64,000 nt of DNA from Porphyridium purpureum (lineage: Eukaryota): assembly GCA_008690995.1 (NCBI GenBank), contig VRMN01000013.1:248001-312000 (forward strand), given 5' to 3'. This document shows positions 10,067 through 18,651 of this stretch, one piece after another. The position numbers and the translations under genes were made by a program. Positions within the stretch are counted from its first letter, which is position 1. Each line of letters begins with the position of its first letter. The notes beneath the pieces were generated by a model. It made no database searches. It had not been told where the DNA came from and worked only from the letters and a program-made list of their open reading frames with translations.

Positions 10067-12367
10067 CTATCGCTTTCGCCCAGGGAACATGCGCGCGAGC
10101 GAGCGAGTGAGGCAAGGGTACGCCATCATGCCGCCATAATACGAAAGGTGGTGGTCATCGTTCATGAGGTCGATTGTTCCACCGTAGATCTTCAGCGCAT
10201 AGATGTCTTCTTCTTCTCCGTCCCTCTTATCTGCCACGCGGAAGCAGTCCAGAATGTCCACGTACTCTTCTGCAAGCTTGTCCTCCACCACAAACTTGGC
10301 AAAAGCCTCCATTGACCCGGCCGCCACATTGGGGCCGTAGCAGTCCTCCCAGTTCTTAATATCGGACGGGCACTTCTTGCCCTTGATCATGGCATCGCCC
10401 ACGACAGCAACCCTTTTGCCCACCTTCTTGATGTATTCCATTTCCGGAAAGTACCCTCGGACGCGATTGCCGTTCTGGAAGACACACGAAGCCGTGCTAC
10501 CCAATTGACAAGAGTAAGCAGAATAGTAGTGGATCAGAACCCACGTACCCGCGGGCGCCGTGTCAATATGGTGCTTGAGCTCAGAACGCACTTCGGCACA
10601 CCTAGGCGAGTACGTGCGGGATGTGGAGTGATCAATGAGGTCCAAAAAGGATTCTACACAGCCGGCCTGATCGAGCATGCGGAAGCGTACTTTGTGTTCA
10701 ATGGCCAGTTCGGATAAGGAAGGGTAGTGTGGGTTCCACATCGAGTCACCAAACACAATCACCATCGGCCACGCCTCCTCTCCAATGTCACAAATGGGTC
10801 GGTCGCTTTCTTTGAGGAAGGGCGTGCTATGGTTGTAGCAGAACTCAAGTCCCCAGCCTTTCTTTGGGTTCTTAATTTCGCGGAAACCCAGACGGTAGCG
10901 GTTGAGGTGCCGCAAGCCTTCCATAGCATCCGGCACCAAGGGCCTGCTCAGCTCCCAAGGCTCGCCCTTCTGCTTCAAAATCTGATTCCACTGTTCCAGC
11001 GTGAGCTGCCGTGCGTCCGCGATCGTGAGGTTATTGCTCAGAAAATCAACAGCAGTGCTGATATTGGTTGTGGACCCAATGCGGCCGTCGATTTCCGCAT
11101 TCAGGTAAAACGCCGAAAGCGAACCACCCACCGCGACGAGTACAGCGGCAAGCATCCCCGCCCACTGACTCCCACTTGCCGAATCGCGCAGCCGGAATCG
11201 CGACTCGACAAAGGAGTACTGAGCAAAGCCGAGAGCGAACGCTAGGAACAGAACGAGTGGCACTCGGAACGGTGCGAGCGCGGCAAACAGCTTGCTGGTA
11301 GATTCCAGAAAGTCCAAGTAGGTGATGAGCGGCCAATGAACCAGATACACCGAGTAGGATACCTTGCCGACCCAACGCAGGCTAGGGTGCGAAAGCCACT
11401 TGGTGCAAACATAAGACCGCGGGAACATCATGAGCGTCATCGACGCAAGCAAGCATGGCATGGTAAAAAATCCAATAAAGTGATCGCGCGGCGCGCGCTC
11501 AAGTGTGAAAATCGACACGAACACGATCGCGGAGCAAAGAAACGAAAGCAGATCAACCATCGCACCTTCGAGATTCTTGGTCGAGCTGTACAAGAAGCAG
11601 AGGACGGTTCCCATACAAAACTGGTACACGCGCGCCGGCATGAGGAAAAATGCCATGGACGGGTCGCGCTCGTTCATTCCGTACGCGACGGCAAACCACA
11701 CGAAGCATGAAGCGCAGAAGACGCCGAGTAGACGTGAGTCTTGCTTCTCCTTGTCCTGCGCAGCCTTGTACGATAGCAGCGAGACAAGCGCGAGCAGCGT
11801 ACCCGGCCATAGCAAATAAAACTGGTCCTCGATGGATAGAGACCAAGTATGCAGCAACGGCTTGGACTTACTCGCGGCGTCCCAGTAGCCCGCCTCACTG
11901 TAGAAGAGAACGTTTGACATCCATCCCAGACTGCTCAGCACGGACAAGCCGAGTTTGGCGAGGCGCGGGCCGGAGAAGAGTGCGGCGCCCAGGGCGAGCG
12001 ACCATATACAAGTACAAAGCAGGCTCGGGTAAAGCCGCCAAAAACGCCGAAAGTAGAAGTCGCGCCAGCTGAACTTGTTTGCGTTGAATTGCTGCAGCAG
12101 GTTACCCGAGATCAAGAACCCGGAGAGCACGAAGAAAATGTCGACTCCCACAAAGCCACCTGCGGCGTGCGGAAATCCAGCGTGGAACAGAAGCACGCCA
12201 CCCAGCGCGACAGCACGCAGTCCGTCCAGATGCGTGAGATAGGTGTGGGCGTGCGCCGCAGCAGCGGCCTCGGACTCCTTGAGCACCGCGTCGCGCGTGC
12301 GCGGCGTATGGCCATTCGAGAGCTCTTGCGCTGCTGGCGCAGCCACCTCGGGGTCCTCCAAGCCCAT
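10067..12367 (-). CDS. Acyltransferase-3 (OafA/YrhL-like) O-acetyltransferase fused to a C-terminal SGNH domain
   Basis: LDGLRAVA, GGFVGVDIFFVLSGFLI, RRFWRLYP, LLHTWSLSIEDQFY, SYSVYLVHWP; multiple TM segments; SGNH motifs VFGDS and DDHHLS; ATG at 12367. Confidence 0.9.
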   Translation of the reverse strand: MGLEDPEVAAPAAQELSNGHTPRTRDAVLKESEAAAAAHAHTYLTHLDGLRAVALGGVLLFHAGFPHAAGGFVGVDIFFVLSGFLISGNLLQQFNANKFSWRDFYFRRFWRLYPSLLCTCIWSLALGAALFSGPRLAKLGLSVLSSLGWMSNVLFYSEAGYWDAASKSKPLLHTWSLSIEDQFYLLWPGTLLALVSLLSYKAAQDKEKQDSRLLGVFCASCFVWFAVAYGMNERDPSMAFFLMPARVYQFCMGTVLCFLYSSTKNLEGAMVDLLSFLCSAIVFVSIFTLERAPRDHFIGFFTMPCLLASMTLMMFPRSYVCTKWLSHPSLRWVGKVSYSVYLVHWPLITYLDFLESTSKLFAALAPFRVPLVLFLAFALGFAQYSFVESRFRLRDSASGSQWAGMLAAVLVAVGGSLSAFYLNAEIDGRIGSTTNISTAVDFLSNNLTIADARQLTLEQWNQILKQKGEPWELSRPLVPDAMEGLRHLNRYRLGFREIKNPKKGWGLEFCYNHSTPFLKESDRPICDIGEEAWPMVIVFGDSMWNPHYPSLSELAIEHKVRFRMLDQAGCVESFLDLIDHSTSRTYSPRCAEVRSELKHHIDTAPAGTWVLIHYYSAYSCQLGSTASCVFQNGNRVRGYFPEMEYIKKVGKRVAVVGDAMIKGKKCPSDIKNWEDCYGPNVAAGSMEAFAKFVVEDKLAEEYVDILDCFRVADKRDGEEEDIYALKIYGGTIDLMNDDHHLSYYGGMMAYPCLTRSLARMFPGRKR

Positions 12368-13171
12368 CTCGCTTTGCCCACAAACACCCGCGAAAGCTTC
12401 TGCGAATCTACCCACCCCCAACCCTCGCTACACAAGACGAAGCACACGGCGATCTGACCGGCGCACTATGCCATCCAACCGCGCGGAGCCAGACCTTTCT
12501 GCACACACACCCCGAGCCGCGTTGCGCACGCGTCCAGACCCCCCGCGCGGAAGATCCCAGCGCTCGGTTCTGCAGCGCAACACCGAGACTCCAGCGCGCT
12601 TTGCGACGATCGTTTCTTCGTTGCGTTTCGCGCCCGCTGGCACGCCGCCTTCCCGCCACTCCCTGCGCGCGCAATCCAGCTGGGGCCGACCACGCGCACT
12701 GCCTCTTCTACCCACGCGTGATCAAACGTCTTCCCTCCCCACGTCTTCCCGGCGTTCCGCTTCCCGCGTTTCCCCCTTTGACTGCTCACACGCGCGTGCA
12801 TCCACCCGCGCGACACGCGAGCCGGAACGCCAAACACCGTGTGTTCTGTGATCTGCGCGTGCGTGTACAGTGCACGTGTCCCCATCCAGCGTGTGGATGG
12901 CGACGGTCGCGCCGCTGCGCTCGGTCGCACGTGCCGACGCGATGCTTCCTCTACGCACCGCGCCAGTGCGGCACGGACCTCGAGTTCTCCAGCGACTACT
13001 GCCTGCCCACGACCGCCTCGTCCTGGCCTCGCGCCGTGCCGCGCCAAGCTTGGTCTGGCTTCTCACGCGCAATGGAGGTTCCGTCGCACGCACCGCGGAG
13101 CGCGTGAGCGATCGATGGCGGCCACGCGTCCAACCGTCAAGCGCCGCTTCTCGGTTACCGGCTAAATGGCT

Positions 13172-13290
13172 AGCCATTAACCCGCTAAGCCGTTAAGCCG
13201 TTAATCCGTTAAGCCGCTAAGCCGCTAAGCCGCTAAGCCGCTAAGCCGCTAAGCCGCTAAGCCGCTAAGCCGCTAAGCCGCTAAGCCGTT
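13172..13290. repeat. 8-bp tandem array (AGCCGCTA)n, about 15 units, 9 of them perfect
   Basis: Read directly; AGCCGTTA, ATCCGTTA and ACCCGCTA variants on the left side. Confidence 0.97.
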
Positions 13291-13334
13291 TACGATGGTG
13301 CGGTGGAGCAAACGGAAGAGGAGGCAAGTGTGTA

Positions 13335-14120
13335 TTACGGAGGGGGAGCAGGGTGGTGGTGCCACGCGGCGTTGAAGAATTCGAGCTCCATGGACATGGC
13401 AAACGAGTAGCAGTCGTCGAGGAACAACGCGACTGCGTGGCGCCGGCTGTCCATGTCGTCGTCTGATTCTGATGTGGAGCGTCGCGCGGCGTCCTGCTCG
13501 ATTTCGACCAGAAGCGCCTCGATCTCGACGGCGTGCGACTGGAAGCCCGGGTCGGCGTACGTTGCGACCCACGTCGTGTATGGGTTTGAGCCACTTTCGC
13601 AGGACGCTTGGAAAGTGGGGTCGGCTTGTAGCAGCTGGCCCAGGTGCGCGTACACGCTCATACACGGCGCCAGAGCGGCCAGTGATGCCAGCGGCACGGG
13701 CTCCGTCGCCGAAAAGCGCCGCAAGCCGTCAATGTACTTGAGCGTGGCGTTTGCGCTGCGCGCACCGTTCATGCCGTGGTGCAGCTGTTCGCGCTCTTGG
13801 ATAGCCGCCGCCGCGAGCCTGTGCAGCGCCACCACATGCGACCACCGCGGCGCGCGCCCCGCGAGCTCGCAGTATTGCCGTGCAAACGCCTCCAAGAAGA
13901 TCGCGTCCTGCGCCGCAAAGCGATCGTACACGTGTTGCGGCAACGAGCCGTCGCGCAAGCCACGCACAAACTCGCACGTCTCAATCTCTCGCATCCTCTG
14001 TCGATGCGCGCTTGTCGCGCTCCACCGCGCACCACTCATTCTTCTCTTCGCCTCACGCAGCGTTCCCCCAGTCCTGAAAAACCGGCCAAGCAGAACCATT
14101 TCGTGGAAGCTGGCGTTCAT
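13335..14120 (-). CDS. tenA: TenA/THI-4 family thiaminase II (aminopyrimidine aminohydrolase, thiamine salvage)
   Basis: FVRGLRDGSLP..F..QDAIFLEAFAR, LAALAPCMSVY (catalytic Cys), NPYTTWVATY, MELEFF. Confidence 0.88.
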   Translation of the reverse strand: MNASFHEMVLLGRFFRTGGTLREAKRRMSGARWSATSAHRQRMREIETCEFVRGLRDGSLPQHVYDRFAAQDAIFLEAFARQYCELAGRAPRWSHVVALHRLAAAAIQEREQLHHGMNGARSANATLKYIDGLRRFSATEPVPLASLAALAPCMSVYAHLGQLLQADPTFQASCESGSNPYTTWVATYADPGFQSHAVEIEALLVEIEQDAARRSTSESDDDMDSRRHAVALFLDDCYSFAMSMELEFFNAAWHHHPAPPP

Positions 14121-14195
14121 CCTGAGAGGAAGGGACGAGGTGAGGAAGGTGTTGTTGGGGAAAGATCAGGAGATTGACCAAGGTGGCAACTCTGA

Positions 14196-16022
14196 ATGGC
14201 GTGCTTTGTTGGTGCTCACGTCGTGCCTGGCCGCGCACACGGCTCGAGTCTCGCGGGTGTCACGCGGCATGCTGCGCCGCGCGCGCTCAGGTCAGCGCAC
14301 GGCCGCCTCCCTGCCACGAGAAAGCGCGTCGACGTGACAGTGCTGGCAACGACGCAGCCCGTATCAGAGACCAAGAACCAGTCGGGCGACGCGCGTGAGC
14401 AAAAGAAATATCTGTTTGAATCGGACGAGTGGAGCGTCCACGCATTTCGCGAGCTGCACCGCAATTGCGACGAGGAGTGCGATGAACTGATTGATAGTGA
14501 CGCAATAACCGGCACGCTTCCTCCAGACTTGGTCGGTTGTCTGTACTCTAACGGCGCTGGTAAGTATGAGCGCTCGAATTTGGAGCTGCAGCACCCGTTC
14601 GAAGGTGACGGAATGGTCGTAGCGATTTCCCTGTATGACGGGAAAGTGTGGTTCCGCAACCGTTTTGTGCGCACCAGGTGGTTCGCCAGAGAGGAAAAGG
14701 CCGGCAAGTACATGTTTAAGAACGCCTTTAAGACGCTCAAGCCCGGCGGCTGGTTTGCCAACTTGCTGATCACGAAGATTAAGAACCCGGCCAATGTGAA
14801 CGTGGTCCCGTGGGCAGGCAAGCTGATGGCGCTCAACGATCAGTCGTTTCCGTGGCTGCTGGACGAGTACTCACTCGCGACTTTGGGCGTCACGCGACTG
14901 GGGAATGCGCTCACTGATCAAGGTGAAGGCGGCAGCGGATTCACCGCACACCCTCGAGTGGACCCGGCGCTCAACCGTCTCGTTGGCCTGTGCTTTAATG
15001 AGAAGCGCGGCTCTAACAAGGTGGACGTCTGTGAGTTTGATGACACGTTCAAGCTGGTACGAAAGACGCAATTTGCCACGAAAAACATGCCCTTTCTGCA
15101 CGACATGGCGCTGTCCGAAAAGTACGCGATCGTCCTGGACGCGCCCCTCAAGTTTGAACCGCGCGACTTTCTGCTCGGCCAGAAGGCACCGGCAGAGTGC
15201 CTCAAATTTGACCCATCATTACCGTGCGAACTGATTTTGATTCCGCGTGACGGCGACAGCGCCAAGGGCGTAGTCAACGTGCCATTGCCCAGTGCATGGT
15301 TCTGCTTTCACTTTAGCAACGCGTTCGAGGACCGGGACAGTGGCGAAACGGTGATTGATATGGTCGCCACGGACAAGATGATCCTCACGCTAGACGACTC
15401 CATTCCGCGCAATGATATTTATGATGTGGACTGGAATCGCGAGGTGCCCAAATCCACACTGCAGCGTGTGCGCGTAAAAGATGGCCGAGTGGTTTCGGTA
15501 GAAGCGCTTTGCGAAGGTCACGTGGAGTTTCCCAAGACCAATCCACAGTTTCAATCACGGCCGTACCGGTATATTTACAGTGCAGTCCACGTGAGCAGCG
15601 TGACGTCTGGTGCACTGGGCCCGCAGGGCACTGCCATCCAGAAGCTCGATTTGCACGCGCGCACGGCCAGCATTTACAGCGGTGAGCGCGAGGAGTTTTT
15701 CAGCGAGCCGCTTTTTGTACCACGCGAGTCCAGTGACAACAAGGAGGAAGATGATGGATATGTGCTCAGCATCATCACGAACCCGCTCCAAAGAAGCAGC
15801 AAGCTGGGTATTTTCGATGCTAGACGGGTCAGCGACGGGCCGGTGTGCACGATCAAGCTGCCTACATTCGTACCGTTCCGCTTGCACGGCAGCTTCCTTC
15901 CTCAGCCTGTTCGTCGCGAGGACATGAAGCGCAGGACATCCACGCACGAGATCTTTGCGGGCAAGGGCTGGAACGAGGTGAAATCAGAGTTTTCCTCGTT
16001 TGGTACCAACTTTTTAGACTGA
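14196..16022 (+). CDS. Carotenoid cleavage oxygenase (RPE65/CCD family), probably plastid-targeted
   Basis: HPFEGDGM, FRNRFVRT; four iron-binding His in TAHP, LHDM, FHFSNA and LHG; SEPLFVP, EDDGY; N-terminus MACFVG... resembles a transit peptide. Confidence 0.92.
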   Translation: MACFVGAHVVPGRAHGSSLAGVTRHAAPRALRSAHGRLPATRKRVDVTVLATTQPVSETKNQSGDAREQKKYLFESDEWSVHAFRELHRNCDEECDELIDSDAITGTLPPDLVGCLYSNGAGKYERSNLELQHPFEGDGMVVAISLYDGKVWFRNRFVRTRWFAREEKAGKYMFKNAFKTLKPGGWFANLLITKIKNPANVNVVPWAGKLMALNDQSFPWLLDEYSLATLGVTRLGNALTDQGEGGSGFTAHPRVDPALNRLVGLCFNEKRGSNKVDVCEFDDTFKLVRKTQFATKNMPFLHDMALSEKYAIVLDAPLKFEPRDFLLGQKAPAECLKFDPSLPCELILIPRDGDSAKGVVNVPLPSAWFCFHFSNAFEDRDSGETVIDMVATDKMILTLDDSIPRNDIYDVDWNREVPKSTLQRVRVKDGRVVSVEALCEGHVEFPKTNPQFQSRPYRYIYSAVHVSSVTSGALGPQGTAIQKLDLHARTASIYSGEREEFFSEPLFVPRESSDNKEEDDGYVLSIITNPLQRSSKLGIFDARRVSDGPVCTIKLPTFVPFRLHGSFLPQPVRREDMKRRTSTHEIFAGKGWNEVKSEFSSFGTNFLD

Positions 16023-16258
16023 AAGGGCCGGTCCGTCTGGAAACAGGTTTAGAGACGGAGCTCCATCCTAGTTCGATAGTTCATGACGCCGGAGTCCCTG
16101 GACCGGGAAGCACGCAGAGATATTTTTTGCTGAATTTATATAAATTTTTTTTTTTTTTTTTTTTCCTTCTTCCCAGTTTTGCTGTTCTGTTTTGGGTTCT
16201 GTGCGATTCGTTTCACGCGGACGTTTTGTGTCTTCTCTCCTCTCTTACTTTTACATCC

Positions 16259-17791
16259 CTAACAAAACAGGTCGGCCAATGTACTGGCGCGCTCGTCGTG
16301 CCCCATTGTATATTCATCGCCGTACATTTCTGCGCCGAGGCCGAGGTTAACATAGTCGTACGGCAACTCCAGGAGAGAGTCTTCCTCTGCACAATCGCCA
16401 CCATGGGACAAGAGGCCGGCCACGGTCCGGTCTGGCGACGGCATGTTTCGTTCGGACGGCATCATTGCCATCATGGCCATCAGATGTTGATGTTGTGTCG
16501 GCGACGCAATTGAGCTGGTCGCTCTGTGCGTATGAGCACCGCTTTCCGCAGCGGATACTGCTGGGTTTCGGATCGGGGACCACTCGATCGGCCCGCCAGA
16601 GGAGCGCAAGAAAATCTGGTACTGGTGCTTCCCAGTCGCCGTCTTTCCCTGCACTGCCGGGTCTGGAATCATCAGTTCGCTACCAAGAGGCGCCTTGATT
16701 GCCCAGACGGCGCGGTCTTGGAACTCTGGGATGCTGAAGATATCCTCGTGAGTGACATATGCCATACGTGCACTCGCACTGGCTGACTCGCTTCCGCCTG
16801 CGGCCACGCCCGAGCCTGAAAGACTGCCACTTGACAGATCGCTTAGCTCGTTCTGAAGCTGCGCGATGCTTTCTTGCATCGCGCGTTCTTCGTCGCCCAG
16901 CTCGGCGACTTCCTTGGTCAATTTCTCGATTTCAGCGTCATGCGCGCTCGCCACTTCGCGCGTGTCTTCCTCGTCTGAATCTGGACATGAGCCCAGCGCC
17001 AGACCCGATCCTGACCTCGAACCTCTCTTGCTAGCGCCGCGGTCCATGTCGAACTGCTCGTTCCACACCACCTTGTTCTTGGCGTGCTTCGAGACCACGC
17101 CAATTCCTTCAAGTACATTCACAATATCATAGATGCGGCGCTTCTGAACCTGAAGCCGAATGGCCGTCTCGTTCAGGTCCAGCTCTCGATCGCGCGACTC
17201 CTCCACGAGCCTCAAAAACTTTTCCGTCAAGTGACCGAGCGAGTTGTCGAGTCGCCCGCCTCCCCCCGTGCTTGCGTTTGGCGCGCCCATACTGCCACTC
17301 GCGCCATACTGCGCGCCAGTCTTACCCATCTTCGCCGGCTTGGCCGGCCTGGCCGCAGTGGCCGCAGCGGCGGCGGGAGCGGAGGCCGCCACTGGGACTG
17401 AGCTTGGAGTTGCTTGGGGCGATGATGGCACATCGCAATGCTCTGATGCTTCGCCGGCTGCAATAGGCAGTCGCGCATCATCCGGGAGCGATGTATTGCT
17501 TCGTGCGGTTCGCATCTTTTTCAGGCCGGCTTGTGATGCTGTCTGGCCATCGGCACTGTATTCTTCGTTGAGTTCGGGGTGCATTTCCTCCTTGCTCTCG
17601 TCAGCCGGCAGCGCTACGTCTGACTGCGATCCGCCACCGTCATCTGATGTTCTTGACGCGGCGCGATGATGCGCGGCCCGTGGCGAGTGTTCTTGTCCGC
17701 CGAGTGCGCTGCATCTAATGCCCCCTGCGTCTGCCGCGGCACCGTCGAGGCTATCGTCCAGCTTTCGCTTGGACGGCGTTCTGCCTCGCAT
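16259..17791 (-). CDS. E2F: E2F transcription factor
   Basis: DNA-binding domain RLDNSLGHLTEKF...QKRRIYDIVNVLEGIG; coiled coil; marked box AYVTHEDI..AIKAP..QIFLRSSGGPI; C-terminal Rb-binding-like DY...LADLF; ATG at 17791. Confidence 0.95.
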   Translation of the reverse strand: MRGRTPSKRKLDDSLDGAAADAGGIRCSALGGQEHSPRAAHHRAASRTSDDGGGSQSDVALPADESKEEMHPELNEEYSADGQTASQAGLKKMRTARSNTSLPDDARLPIAAGEASEHCDVPSSPQATPSSVPVAASAPAAAAATAARPAKPAKMGKTGAQYGASGSMGAPNASTGGGGRLDNSLGHLTEKFLRLVEESRDRELDLNETAIRLQVQKRRIYDIVNVLEGIGVVSKHAKNKVVWNEQFDMDRGASKRGSRSGSGLALGSCPDSDEEDTREVASAHDAEIEKLTKEVAELGDEERAMQESIAQLQNELSDLSSGSLSGSGVAAGGSESASASARMAYVTHEDIFSIPEFQDRAVWAIKAPLGSELMIPDPAVQGKTATGKHQYQIFLRSSGGPIEWSPIRNPAVSAAESGAHTHRATSSIASPTQHQHLMAMMAMMPSERNMPSPDRTVAGLLSHGGDCAEEDSLLELPYDYVNLGLGAEMYGDEYTMGHDERASTLADLFC

Positions 17792-18171
17792 GAGGACCCG
17801 TCGCGTCCTTCTCAACCGCAGCCGTTACTTTTCACCGCTGGACACGAGCTGCTGCGGCCCGCCTTGCCCCGGCCACCAAACAACACGAAAATAAGTAGCT
17901 CTGAGCGCGACGCAGCGACGCGTTCTGTGCGGCGCAAATCTCGGCAACACGCGCTCGCGTCTCCTCGCGTCCCCAAACCGCCGCTGCTCTGCAGCGCGCG
18001 TCTCTACTCCCGCGCCGTTCGCCCCTCGCACGCGCACATCAACCAACCCAACCGCACATACGCACACCCACCCACCGCCGTGCCTGCAAATCACGCTACT
18101 CTCACGCAGCTCTCACGAATCTCTCACATCCACCGCACTGCCCACGTCCCCAACGTGCTCCTTCTCTTTCC

Positions 18172-18200
18172 CTCTCTCTCTCTCTCTCTCTCTCCCTCTC
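18172..18200. repeat. (CT)n microsatellite
   Basis: Read directly. Confidence 0.9.
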
Positions 18201-18370
18201 CATATCCATTCCACCACCACGCGTCTCCCCCCACCCTCACAACCAAACCCCCCTATGAGAAACAACCGCACGCGCCGCCACTTCCATAACGAGCCGGGCG
18301 CGCTCCCTCATACCAAAACACGCGCGTTTCACACCAAAAACTCCGCAGTCTGCGCCGCGCGCGAAAACAA

Positions 18371-18398
18371 AACAACAACAACAACAACAACAACAACA
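18371..18398. repeat. (AAC)9 microsatellite
   Basis: Read directly. Confidence 0.9.
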
Positions 18399-18651
18399 AG
18401 GGGCTTTTTCCATGTTTGGATTTTTTTGGTTTTGGCGCCAAGTGCGTGGAGGGAGGCGGTACAGTGTGTACACTTGGAGGGGGGTTAGTGGGGGTGTACC
18501 GGTGGCGCGTGCGCGTTTGGCCAGGGCACGGGGTGTGCTGCGATGGTGTGCGAACGCGCATGCGCGTGCTTTCCGTGTCCGTCAGGCTGCGGCGCCGCGT
18601 GTAGGGGTGTGCGTGTGGTCTGGAGACAAAATGTGTGCGACGGCGCGTTTA

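Noticed and set aside
13144..13170. U2 snRNA-like start (GCTTCTCGG...GGCTAA)
   Set aside because: Lacks the GTGTAGTA branch-pairing sequence and an Sm site, and runs directly into the tandem array.
13000..14200. TPP riboswitch near tenA
   Set aside because: No CUGAGA...CCUGA...UAAUGC-type arrangement on the tenA sense strand in either flank.
524..16022. Bacterial contaminant or operon explanation for the prokaryote-like genes
   Set aside because: They are interleaved with SUV3 and E2F, carry transit-like extensions, alternate in strand and match the surrounding base composition.
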